Shown here: piece after piece, positions 28,191-37,369 of the stretch
Layout of the letters: each line of letters opens with the position of its first letter
How positions within the stretch are numbered: the stretch's first letter is position 1
From: Candidatus Campbellbacteria bacterium
Lineage (GTDB): Bacteria; Patescibacteriota; Minisyncoccia; Phycocordibacterales; UBA1006
Length of the DNA: 64,000 nucleotides
Direction of reading: 5' to 3'
Assembly (NCBI GenBank): GCA_002698305.1
Contig: NZWR01000005.1
Span: forward strand, 66,047 to 130,046
The notes under the pieces: generated by a model
The model's input: the letters and a program-made list of their open reading frames with translations, nothing else
Databases searched by the model: none
What the model was told of the DNA's origin: nothing
Made by a program: the position numbers and the translations under genes

Positions 28191-28218
28191 AAAAAACCCT
28201 TATAAAATAAGGGTTTTT
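28191..28218. terminator. Element-supplied terminator for the restored tRNA-Ala; contains the right sub-terminal inverted repeat
   Basis: AAAAACCCTTAT-AAA-ATAAGGGTTTTT hairpin. Confidence 0.75.
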
Positions 28219-28219
28219 A

Positions 28220-28270
28220 CGTTTCGAGTGGACCTGACAGGACTCGAACCTGCCACCTCGTCAGTGCAAG
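28220..28270 (-). repeat. att direct repeat overlapping the intact tRNA-Ala
   Basis: Identical to 25040-25090. Confidence 0.95.
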
Positions 28271-28302
28271 TGACGCGCTCTAGCCAGATGAGCTACAGGC
28301 CC
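28229..28302 (-). tRNA. tRNA-Ala(TGC)
   Basis: GGGCCTG/CAGGTCC acceptor stem with G3.U70; anticodon arm CGTCA-CTTGCAC-TGACG; GGTTCGAG T-loop. Confidence 0.95.
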
Positions 28303-28444
28303 CAATACAGCAAAAACTGCTGTGTTGTAAATTAGTGAAGGCGCAAGCCTTCCAAAGAACAACTGGAAAAGATTATATAGGCTAGTATGAAATATGCAAG
28401 TATCTTGTTGTACGAAGAGTAAGAATGGAATAGTCAATCCTTTG

Positions 28445-29497
28445 TTAGTTGCTCAGCAACTTACCTAATGAACGGGTCTTTTTTATTTTGAGGAAAAATA
28501 CATTAAGTATTGCAAGGAGTGGAATAGCGAGGATCATCCCTGTTACTCCCCATATAGTGTTTCCAACTATAACGGCAAGAATAACGAAAAAGGGATTTAA
28601 CTGTACTTCATGACCTATAACATATGGTTGTAGAATATAGCTCTCGATAAACTGCGTTAAGCTAAAAGAAATAATTATCCCTACAAGCACAAAAGTTTCT
28701 CCATTACTTAGATACCCAAGTACAACAGCGAGAAGAAAAGCAATAATATTACCGATATAGGGAATAAGCGTAAGAAAACTTGCAAGAACGGCAATAAGTA
28801 TAAAACTATCTACCCCAGATATACCGAGCCCAATACTATATATGACAATAAGAAGTCCGATGAGTTTAGTTTTCCCGTACAGATATGCGATAGTTGTGTT
28901 CATGCTCTCTGAAAGTGTTGAACGCAATGTTTTTTCTTTTGAGTTTTTCACTAGTGAAAGTAAGAACTTCTTGAAAGAGCTACGATTAAGAAGGATGAAG
29001 AACAGGTAGATGAATGTCAAAAGATAGCTTCCAATTGCTCCAAAAATGATTTGCGTAAGATATGTTGCGTTATTCGTGTTAAGGTACTCTTCTTGAATTT
29101 CATTGATTGAAGTCGTTTTAAATACGTTATCAAGCGTCTTGCTCTCAATAGGTGTATTTTGTGTAAGATAGGTTTTAAATTCTGATAGCTTTTCTTCTGT
29201 TGTTTCAGATATCGTACTCCATTTTTCAGTAATGTTGTTTACTTGCAGTGTAACAACCCCTAGGAATACAAGTGAAATGATGAATACACCTAAAGTCGGT
29301 AGAATTGCTGATACCGCTCTACTGTGCGTAATTTTCTGAAGGTAACGTGCAAACGGTAATAGTGCAAGAGCAAGTAATAAAGCAATGATAAGAGGCGCTA
29401 GTAAGCTTTTACCAACAATCAGCCCATAGATTATTAACGTAAGTGAAGCCAAAACAGCGAACATATTAATCAAAACATTTTGATGCAGGTGAAACAT
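28445..29497 (-). CDS. AI-2E family transporter
   Basis: Multi-TM; LIPYIG, QFIESYILQP, WGVTGMILAIP. Confidence 0.9.
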   Translation of the reverse strand: MFHLHQNVLINMFAVLASLTLIIYGLIVGKSLLAPLIIALLLALALLPFARYLQKITHSRAVSAILPTLGVFIISLVFLGVVTLQVNNITEKWSTISETTEEKLSEFKTYLTQNTPIESKTLDNVFKTTSINEIQEEYLNTNNATYLTQIIFGAIGSYLLTFIYLFFILLNRSSFKKFLLSLVKNSKEKTLRSTLSESMNTTIAYLYGKTKLIGLLIVIYSIGLGISGVDSFILIAVLASFLTLIPYIGNIIAFLLAVVLGYLSNGETFVLVGIIISFSLTQFIESYILQPYVIGHEVQLNPFFVILAVIVGNTIWGVTGMILAIPLLAILNVFFLKIKKTRSLGKLLSN

Positions 29498-29570
29498 ATT
29501 TTTTATTATACGTGAAATAAATAAGAGTAAAATAGAGGTGCTCTGAAGGTTTTTAGGGTATGCTTATGGT

Positions 29571-30161
29571 ATGGAATTTTCACAAACAGAACTCCTTTCA
29601 TTTTTTACTGAAGTAAGCCCGTTCGTGCGTAATTTAGTAATCGGGCTTTTTGCCTTTGGTGAAGGGCTTCCTGTTATCGGTTCTTTTTTACCTGGTGGTA
29701 CCGTTGCTATTTTGATTGGGGCTCTTTCTGAAAAAGGAATCATGAACTCATGGCATGCTGTTCATATTATTGCCTTGGGAAGTATGCTTGGTGACCTGAT
29801 TGGATTTTACGCAGGTCGCAATCTAAACAAGGTATCGTGGTTCAAAAGGTTTGTGCACGGAGAAAATCACAGAAAAAAATGGGATCTTTTTGATCGTCAT
29901 ACGGCTATCGTTATTATTCTAGGAAAGCTTCTTCCTGTTATTCGATCCACCCCCGCTCTCTTTGCCGGTGCGCGTCGAATGAATATTTTCCGCTACATTT
30001 TTTATGTATTAATAGGCTCATACCTGTGGGCAATTGCTGGAGTATTCGCTGGTAAATATATAGCTCAAGTTGCTGGAGATTATATCATCCCGGTTATCTT
30101 TGCTATTGTAGTTGTGTCAATCCTTGTTGCTATCGTTTCAAGATTTAAAAAAAGTTCTTAG
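29571..30161 (+). CDS. DedA family membrane protein
   Basis: GSFLPGG, GSMLGDLIGFYAGR, LPVIRS..ALFAG. Confidence 0.9.
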   Translation: MEFSQTELLSFFTEVSPFVRNLVIGLFAFGEGLPVIGSFLPGGTVAILIGALSEKGIMNSWHAVHIIALGSMLGDLIGFYAGRNLNKVSWFKRFVHGENHRKKWDLFDRHTAIVIILGKLLPVIRSTPALFAGARRMNIFRYIFYVLIGSYLWAIAGVFAGKYIAQVAGDYIIPVIFAIVVVSILVAIVSRFKKSS

Positions 30162-31384
30162 CTCTTTAAGAACTTTTTGCTTCGCTTTCGTTTATGCTGT
30201 TTTAGTGCAAATCGATGAGATTCAGCGTTAAGAGCAACAATTTCTTTTGCATATCTACGGCTAATCTTGTGTTGCCCCAGCAGCTCTTTAGCTTTATGTT
30301 TAGTATCCTTTACGACAGCAATAACGGGAATACGTATGTCATGGACTCGAATGGCTCGTTCAACGGCCCGTTTCTGTGCGACACCTCCATCAACGACAAT
30401 AACATTAGGGTATGCCCACTCTTTATGTGTAAATCTTCTTGAAACAGTCTCAAAAAGTGCGGCTGTATCATTTGATGTATTTACGCTGTGAATATTGAAT
30501 ACTCTATGTTCTGATGAATCAATCTCGACACCATTATAAACGCACATAACACCGACCATATGCTCTCCTTCCATGTGCGCGATATCATAGGCTTCCATGC
30601 GAAATTCATCTAGATATGACGCATGATCAAAATTATGTTTCATTAATGCAATATCATGAATATGATCAAGTGAGTAAATTTGTTTTTTTATAACTTGAGC
30701 TCTTTCAAATTCAAGTTCTTTAGCATGACTCATCATGTCCTTTTTTAACTGCCGAATAAGGTCTTTTTTCTGACCTTTAAAAAATTGAGCGATATACTCT
30801 ACATTCTTTTGGTAGATATTTTTTGAGTCTCTGTCATGCGCATCAGGAGCAAGCCCAAGCTGGTTATAGAATTCAATATTATGTTTTTGTGTTGTTTTTT
30901 TACCCAAAAAAGGAAATATCTTTCGTATTATTCCTAATGCGGTTGTCAGCTGCTCTCTACTTGGAAATGGACCAAAAACATGTTGTAAGCTCTTATCTTT
31001 TTTTCCAAGAATAATATTTAAACTGCGCTGTCGCACAGTAAAAATACGAGGTAATTCTTCGTTTGTTATAACTACATAGTTATAGCTCTTGTTATCTTTC
31101 TCCTTGCTGTTGTATAGTGGCTGGTATTGTTTTATAAGGTATGACTCTAACAGAAGTGCCTCTAGGGCTGAATCAGTTTCTCTCCACTCCATTTGATCAG
31201 CATCGTCAACCATTTTTACAATTAATGGACCTCGGGTTTCCATAAGCTTACTTTGAAAGTAACTTGCAGTTCTTTGTGCAAGATTTGTTGCTTTTCCTAT
31301 ATACAAAACATCATTTCCTTTCTTAAAAAAATATACTCCAGGAGATTTCGGTAAGGGTATTTTTTTGTACTGAGTAAGATTCAT
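30158..31384 (-). CDS. uvrC: UvrC-like excinuclease subunit (GIY-YIG, UVR, RNase H-like); shortened
   Basis: PGVY...LYIGKA, ALLLE, LEFERA, EAYDIAH, VVDGG, ESHRFA; no C-terminal HhH. Confidence 0.85.
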   Translation of the reverse strand: MNLTQYKKIPLPKSPGVYFFKKGNDVLYIGKATNLAQRTASYFQSKLMETRGPLIVKMVDDADQMEWRETDSALEALLLESYLIKQYQPLYNSKEKDNKSYNYVVITNEELPRIFTVRQRSLNIILGKKDKSLQHVFGPFPSREQLTTALGIIRKIFPFLGKKTTQKHNIEFYNQLGLAPDAHDRDSKNIYQKNVEYIAQFFKGQKKDLIRQLKKDMMSHAKELEFERAQVIKKQIYSLDHIHDIALMKHNFDHASYLDEFRMEAYDIAHMEGEHMVGVMCVYNGVEIDSSEHRVFNIHSVNTSNDTAALFETVSRRFTHKEWAYPNVIVVDGGVAQKRAVERAIRVHDIRIPVIAVVKDTKHKAKELLGQHKISRRYAKEIVALNAESHRFALKQHKRKRSKKFLKS

Positions 31385-31430
31385 TATATTTTAAAGTATA
31401 GCGAAAAAAAGAACTTAGGTAAGTTCTTTT

Positions 31431-32723
31431 TTATTTCATGCAATCAAATAGATGCTGAAAATTTGTTCCATTGGATGCCTTTAAAAGAATAATCGAATTA
31501 TTAATTGTTGTGCCATCAAGACTCCTTGCAGCACTCACAACATTATCGTAAACCTGATACTCTTCATGATTAGTTTTTTTAAATTCATGACCCACAAGGA
31601 TAACGTTGGTAATTCCTATTTCCTTAGCGTGATCAACAGCAGCTTGGTGGTCCTGGAGACTGTACTCACCAAGCTCAAGCATGTCCCCCATAATTGCCAC
31701 GGTCTCTTTTTTTAGCTGAGCCCCTATTTTCTTCAAGTTTTCAAGAGCAAGTTTCATGCTCGTCAGGTTGGCGTTGTAAAAATCTTTAATAATAATATTT
31801 CCATTGCCCGCAGTATAAATCTCTGAACGATTGGCTATTGGCTCGTAATTACTAACTGATTGTGCGATATTTTCAAACAATATGTTGCATTCAACCGCAA
31901 TCGCTATGGCAGCATTAATATTCTCGATATTATATTCTCCAGTAAGTGATGTTGAGATTTCTCTGTGATTCCATAAAAAACTAATATATGGAACAGTAGA
32001 AAGAGATTGTATTCCATATTCATTTTTTAGCTGAGTCCCATAGACAACTGTCCGGGCTCCTTCTGTATGGCGAAGAAGCTGCGCATTATTATTGTTAACA
32101 AAAATAACCCCATTCTTGTTCTTTAAATAGGTATATAGTTCTAAATTTGCCTCAATGATTGCTGACTCACTTCCAAACAAGCCAATATGATCACGACCTA
32201 AATTTGTGATAATTCCATGTGTTGGCTCGGCTATATGGCAAAGTTCTTTAATTTCACCAAGATGATTGGCGCCAAGCTCAAGAACGACAACATCAGTGTT
32301 TTTTGTTATTCGCAAAAGTGTTTTTGGAACACCTGTATGATTGTTTTCACTTCCAAATGACGCAACCGTATCTTTTTGAGTACTTAGGATCTGAGCCGCT
32401 AACTCTTTTGTTGTAGTTTTCCCATTACTTCCTGCAATAGCAATGACTGGAATATCAAATTGACTTCTATGATAGTGAGCTAATTTTTGCAGTGCTTGAA
32501 TACTGTCAGTAACAAGAATATAACGATTATCAATTGCGTACTTTGGGTTATCTACTACAGCATACCGAGCTCCTTGTTCAATAGCCTCTTTGGCAAAATG
32601 GTTACCGTCTAGAGCACTCCCTTTCCATGCAAAAAAAATTGAGTCTTTAATAACACGACGACTGTCAGTTGATATCAGTTGGTTGCATTCAATGAATTTT
32701 TGGTGGAGCCTATAAATATCCAT
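31431..32723 (-). CDS. murF: UDP-MurNAc-tripeptide D-Ala-D-Ala ligase
   Basis: TDSR, AGSNGKTTTKE, ELGANHLGEI, DFYNAN, GDMLELG. Confidence 0.93.
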   Translation of the reverse strand: MDIYRLHQKFIECNQLISTDSRRVIKDSIFFAWKGSALDGNHFAKEAIEQGARYAVVDNPKYAIDNRYILVTDSIQALQKLAHYHRSQFDIPVIAIAGSNGKTTTKELAAQILSTQKDTVASFGSENNHTGVPKTLLRITKNTDVVVLELGANHLGEIKELCHIAEPTHGIITNLGRDHIGLFGSESAIIEANLELYTYLKNKNGVIFVNNNNAQLLRHTEGARTVVYGTQLKNEYGIQSLSTVPYISFLWNHREISTSLTGEYNIENINAAIAIAVECNILFENIAQSVSNYEPIANRSEIYTAGNGNIIIKDFYNANLTSMKLALENLKKIGAQLKKETVAIMGDMLELGEYSLQDHQAAVDHAKEIGITNVILVGHEFKKTNHEEYQVYDNVVSAARSLDGTTINNSIILLKASNGTNFQHLFDCMK

Positions 32724-32773
32724 ACCGATAAGTATACCAAAAAGAAAACCCTCAGAAAGAATTTTCTTCGGGT

Positions 32774-33019
32774 TTATAGTTTATTTACTTTTTTACCAAA
32801 CCTATCACGAACAAGCTCTGGCAAATCATCCAAACACCATGGGATAAATTTATATAAAGAGCAGCAAATTATAGTAAGGCCAAAAAATATAAGGTAAGGA
32901 AGAAAACATACCACCCATCCTAGCTCAGCTGAATACCCAATAATTGGCCACACAATAAAAATAATAATAACGAGTAGGATTATAACGAGGATCTTTCTCG
33001 TAGCATGTGTTACTGACAT
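32774..33019 (-). CDS. Hypothetical small membrane protein
   Basis: 81 aa, two TMs, AT-rich leader. Confidence 0.6.
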   Translation of the reverse strand: MSVTHATRKILVIILLVIIIFIVWPIIGYSAELGWVVCFLPYLIFFGLTIICCSLYKFIPWCLDDLPELVRDRFGKKVNKL

Positions 33020-33103
33020 ATTTATATAGTTTTATTTTATTATAATATGTTTTTTATAAAAATCAACAATAAAAAAATATACATCATCATGTATACTGAT
33101 GGT

Positions 33104-34474
33104 ATGAAAAAGTCTCAGTATGAACATTATTTCAAGAATAAGAAGATTACAGTAATGGGTATCGGACTCCTGGGACGTGGTGTGGGTGATATTAAATTTC
33201 TCGCCTCGTGTGGAGCTGATATAGTAGCTACTGACCTTAAAGAGAAGTTAAAATTAAAAAAATCACTTCTTAAACTTAAGCGCTATAGAAATATTGATTA
33301 TACGCTTGGTAAACATCTAGTTTCAGATTTTAAGAATAAAGATATGATCCTTAAGGGTGCTGGTGTTCCGCATGACAGTAAATACATTGATGCTGCTGAA
33401 CAAAACGATACACCTGTTTACATGTCATTTGGTCTAGTGTTAGACATCCTTCAAAAAGAAAACATTGATGTAACGGTTATCGGTGTTACCGGCTCAAAGG
33501 GAAAATCTACTACAACTGGACTTATACAACACCTTTTAGAGCACAGCGGTACATCATTTCATATGGCTGGTAATATTCGCGGTGTGGCAAATCTTCCTCT
33601 TCTTAAAAAAATAAAAGATGGGGATATTATTGTTGCCGAACTTGATTCGTGGCAGCTACAAGGTCTCCACACGGTTCACATTTCACCTGACATAGCTGTC
33701 TTTACCAATTTCTTTGAAGATCATTTGAATTACTATGACGGGTCAATGAAGCACTATTTCAAAGATAAATCAGCAATATTCAAGTACCAGAAAGAAGAGG
33801 ATCATCTTGTTCTTACTTCTGCATCTACCCGAGCAATTAAAAAATATTTCAGAGGAACTATACAAGCTAAAAAACATATTGCTCGATTTAAACACATGCC
33901 CAAATCCTGGACCTATAAAATCTTTGGAAAGCACAATCAAAAAAATCTAGCGCAAGCATTTCACGTAGGCAAATTATTAAATATACCTCACTCAACAATT
34001 AAGGAAGCTCTGACAAGTTTTGAGGGAGTAGATGGACGATTTCAGTATATTGGAACACATAATGGTATTTCATTTTATAACGACAATAACTCTACAACAC
34101 CAGAATCAACCATAATATCTCTGCGTTCACTTAAAAAAGAGTTTCCTCAAAAGGACATAATACTTATCGGCGGCGGGAGCGATAAAAATTTTCACTTCCA
34201 AAAAATGGCAAAGTATATAGCAAGAAATATTAAATACACTCTTCTCTTTTCTGGAGGTGGCACCGACAAGCTACGGAAGCATTTCCCTGCTAAGTTTGAA
34301 GCCTTTACTGAAACGCTTCATATGAGAACAGCTATGAATATTGCCCTTAAGTATGCTGATAAAGGTGATATTGTTATCCTTTCTCCTGGAGCAGCTTCAT
34401 TTGGAGTCTTCAAGAATGAGTACGACAGGAACGACCAATATTTAAGGTATATAAAGAACTACATGAAAAAGTAG
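33104..34474 (+). CDS. murD: UDP-MurNAc-L-Ala D-glutamate ligase
   Basis: GVTGSKGKSTT, GNI, ELDSWQL, DHLNYY, YNDN, ILSPGAASF; start ATG 33104. Confidence 0.93.
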   Translation: MKKSQYEHYFKNKKITVMGIGLLGRGVGDIKFLASCGADIVATDLKEKLKLKKSLLKLKRYRNIDYTLGKHLVSDFKNKDMILKGAGVPHDSKYIDAAEQNDTPVYMSFGLVLDILQKENIDVTVIGVTGSKGKSTTTGLIQHLLEHSGTSFHMAGNIRGVANLPLLKKIKDGDIIVAELDSWQLQGLHTVHISPDIAVFTNFFEDHLNYYDGSMKHYFKDKSAIFKYQKEEDHLVLTSASTRAIKKYFRGTIQAKKHIARFKHMPKSWTYKIFGKHNQKNLAQAFHVGKLLNIPHSTIKEALTSFEGVDGRFQYIGTHNGISFYNDNNSTTPESTIISLRSLKKEFPQKDIILIGGGSDKNFHFQKMAKYIARNIKYTLLFSGGGTDKLRKHFPAKFEAFTETLHMRTAMNIALKYADKGDIVILSPGAASFGVFKNEYDRNDQYLRYIKNYMKK

Positions 34475-34520
34475 TTCTTTATTTTATAACGTGGGTGTAA
34501 GTTCTTGGTATACTATAGCT

Positions 34521-35825
34521 ATGAAATTTTTAGAAAATATAAAAAAAGTACACTGCGTTGGTATAGGTGGAATTGGTATGTCTGCACTTGCCAAGTTTTT
34601 GCGCCACCATGGAATTCTTGTTACTGGATCAGATCTTGTACCATCAAGCGTTACCGATGATCTAAGAAATAACTATAATATTGATGTGTGTATTGGTAGT
34701 AATGAAGGGCATGTTACAGCAGAGCATGACATGCTTATATATTCACCAGCGGTACCAAGTACAAATGGGGAACGAATGGCTGCACTAGATTTTGGTATCC
34801 AAAAGTTCTCTTACCCAGAGGTGCTTGGCCAGATTTCGCGTGAGATGAAGACTATAGCTATTTCAGGTACAAATGGAAAAACAACGACATCAACCATGCT
34901 TGTTGAGCTTTTAAAGCATCTAGGTGTAGACCCTACCGCAATTATTGGTGAATATTTACAAAAATATAATTCTAATTTTGTTGCCGGTCAATCAGAATAT
35001 TTTGTCACTGAAGCCTGTGAGTACAAGGATTCATTTCTTAATATTCACCATGATATTCTCGTTATCACCAACATTACAGAAGATCATTTGGATTATTTTA
35101 AAAATCTACAAGGCATTCAACAATCTTTTACGGAGCTTGTTCATAATAAAAAAGAAACTGGCACTCTCGTTTGTAATAAAGGGCTTAAAGAATTAAAGCC
35201 AATAATAGAAGAGGCTCAGAAACTTGGCTACTCAATAATTGATTATGGAGAATATATTGAAAGCACTCAACTTTCAATACCAGGCAATCATAATATTTAC
35301 AACGCTGCCGCTGCTCTTGGTGTCATCAAAGCTCTTGGCCTTTCATTTAAAGAGGCGCAAGAATATCTTCACAAAAGTTTTCAAGGAGCAAAACGAAGGA
35401 TGGAGCATGTTGGATTTACCGAACACGGTGCTCTTATTTTTGATGACTATGCGCACAACCCTGAAGGCTTAGAGCATTTAATCCAAGGATTGAGAGAGTA
35501 TTATCCTACCAAAAAGATTGTCATGCTCTTCGAACCTCATTTGTATTCAAGAACAAATGACTTCAAAGAATCCTTTGGTAAAATTCTTTCGACCGTTGAT
35601 GCCCTGTACCTATTTCCAGTTTATAAAGCACGAGAAGTCCATAGACCAGAAGAGGATTTTCTGCTTGAAAGATTTATTAAAAAGGACAAGCTTATCTTTA
35701 ATAAGGTATTAGACAAGGAAGTTTTTATATCTGAATTTACTAGTAAAAAATATGGAACTGATAGTATTATTGTTACAGCTGGTGCCGGAGACATATGGAA
35801 AATTGGTTTAAATTTAAAAAAATAA
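34521..35825 (+). CDS. murC: UDP-MurNAc L-alanine ligase
   Basis: GIGGIGMSALA, GTNGKTTT, EACEY, DHLD, DDYAHNP, FEPHLYSRT; start ATG 34521. Confidence 0.95.
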   Translation: MKFLENIKKVHCVGIGGIGMSALAKFLRHHGILVTGSDLVPSSVTDDLRNNYNIDVCIGSNEGHVTAEHDMLIYSPAVPSTNGERMAALDFGIQKFSYPEVLGQISREMKTIAISGTNGKTTTSTMLVELLKHLGVDPTAIIGEYLQKYNSNFVAGQSEYFVTEACEYKDSFLNIHHDILVITNITEDHLDYFKNLQGIQQSFTELVHNKKETGTLVCNKGLKELKPIIEEAQKLGYSIIDYGEYIESTQLSIPGNHNIYNAAAALGVIKALGLSFKEAQEYLHKSFQGAKRRMEHVGFTEHGALIFDDYAHNPEGLEHLIQGLREYYPTKKIVMLFEPHLYSRTNDFKESFGKILSTVDALYLFPVYKAREVHRPEEDFLLERFIKKDKLIFNKVLDKEVFISEFTSKKYGTDSIIVTAGAGDIWKIGLNLKK

Positions 35826-35860
35826 ACAGCGCTTGGCGCTGTTTATTTCCCTATATACTT

Positions 35861-37312
35861 TTAAGATTCAAGATATTTTTTTAAAATTTTTCTGTCATCA
35901 AAATTTATTTTCTTTTTTCCGATGATTTGATAGTCTTCGTGCCCCTTACCAAGAATAGTAATAATATCGTTTGGAAGTGCCATACGAACAGCGGCAGCAA
36001 TTGCCTCTTCCCTATCATGAATCACCAAATAACTTTCTTTATCTAAATTTTGTATCATATCCCTGAATATTTGATCAGGGTTTTCAGTGCGCGGATTATC
36101 TTGGGTAAAAATTGCTACATCAGCTTCTGTAACAGCAGCTTCAGCCATATAAGGTCTTTTACCAGGATCCCTATCTCCTCCACAGCCAAGCACGGTAATA
36201 ATCTTTCTGTGTTGTATAGTGTGTAGTGAATGAAGAAAATTTTTAACAGCATCTGCACTATGCGCATAATCAACAAGCGCGAGTACTCCCTTATCATTGG
36301 GGATAATCTCAGCTCTTCCGGGAACTGATGACAAGGAAGATAGTGTATATATAATCTTGTCTGTTTTTTGACCTAAACTGTATAAAACTCCATACACTAA
36401 CGCTATATTTATTGCATTAAAAGAGCCAAAAACATTCACACTGAAGGTAGCATTATTTATAGTAAGAGACATTCCCTCTACTGCCTGCTTTTTTATTGAG
36501 TAATGCACATCAGCCTCTTTCTGCGATGAAACAGAGAGTACAGAGCTCTCTGAAAGAATGCCCGTCATAAACTCATAATAATCATCATCTTTGTTGGCAA
36601 CGACCGTCCCACCTTCCTTTATTAGATCAAAGAGCTTTCTTTTACTTGCAGCATAATGATTCATAGTTAGGTGATAATCCAGGTGGTCTTTTTCAAGATT
36701 CGTAAAGACAGCACAATCTATGCTAATCCCTGCAAGTCTATTCTGATCGAGTGCCTGAGATGTTGCCTCAAGGCAAATATGAGTCACCCCCTTTTCTTTA
36801 TATTGTTGGGCTACTTTAAAAAATTCAATAGTTTCAAGAGTTGAAGGGGCCTCGCGATTAAGAGCTATGGTCTTTTTTTCAAAATAGTCACCTGCCGTTG
36901 AGAGTAATAGCGGTTTATAGCCTAAACCAAGAAGCGCCTGGTATGTATAGTTTGCCACACTTGTCTTTCCGTTCGTACCTGTAACAGCAATAACCTTTAC
37001 GTTTTCAAGAGGATACTCAAAAAATATATTACAAATAAGACCTAACACTTGTTTTGTATTTTCTACAAGTACATAACTAACATGATTAGCATATGAATCG
37101 AGTTTTTTTTCATGAAAGATGATGTCAGCCTTGTTACTGATCGCATGACTGATAAATTCATGACCATCTGCATGAGTTCCTTGAATAGCAAAAAAAACAT
37201 TATTACTGCTAGATGATTTTCTACTGTTGTGCGTCAAGCCATATAACTTTCTGTTATCAGCACCAGTCAGTTCATACTGGTCCAGACTGTGTAGTATTTC
37301 TTTTAAAATCAT
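35861..37312 (-). CDS. murE: UDP-MurNAc-dipeptide diaminopimelate ligase
   Basis: VTGTNGKTS, DHLDYH, VPGR, DYAH, GCGGDRD..KR, DNPR (meso-DAP type), GKGHE. Confidence 0.95.
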   Translation of the reverse strand: MILKEILHSLDQYELTGADNRKLYGLTHNSRKSSSSNNVFFAIQGTHADGHEFISHAISNKADIIFHEKKLDSYANHVSYVLVENTKQVLGLICNIFFEYPLENVKVIAVTGTNGKTSVANYTYQALLGLGYKPLLLSTAGDYFEKKTIALNREAPSTLETIEFFKVAQQYKEKGVTHICLEATSQALDQNRLAGISIDCAVFTNLEKDHLDYHLTMNHYAASKRKLFDLIKEGGTVVANKDDDYYEFMTGILSESSVLSVSSQKEADVHYSIKKQAVEGMSLTINNATFSVNVFGSFNAINIALVYGVLYSLGQKTDKIIYTLSSLSSVPGRAEIIPNDKGVLALVDYAHSADAVKNFLHSLHTIQHRKIITVLGCGGDRDPGKRPYMAEAAVTEADVAIFTQDNPRTENPDQIFRDMIQNLDKESYLVIHDREEAIAAAVRMALPNDIITILGKGHEDYQIIGKKKINFDDRKILKKYLES

Positions 37313-37369
37313 TATCTCAGTATATAAAAAAAAGACTTTTCAGTCTTCTTTTGAAATATTTACTTACAT

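Larger units (their letters stand above)
25040..28270. mobile_element. 3.18-kb tRNA-Ala-integrated element: tyrosine integrase + ncRNA + reverse transcriptase + wHTH-like ORF
   Basis: 51-bp direct repeats 3,180 bp apart, tRNA restored at one end, intact tyrosine recombinase inside. Confidence 0.92.
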
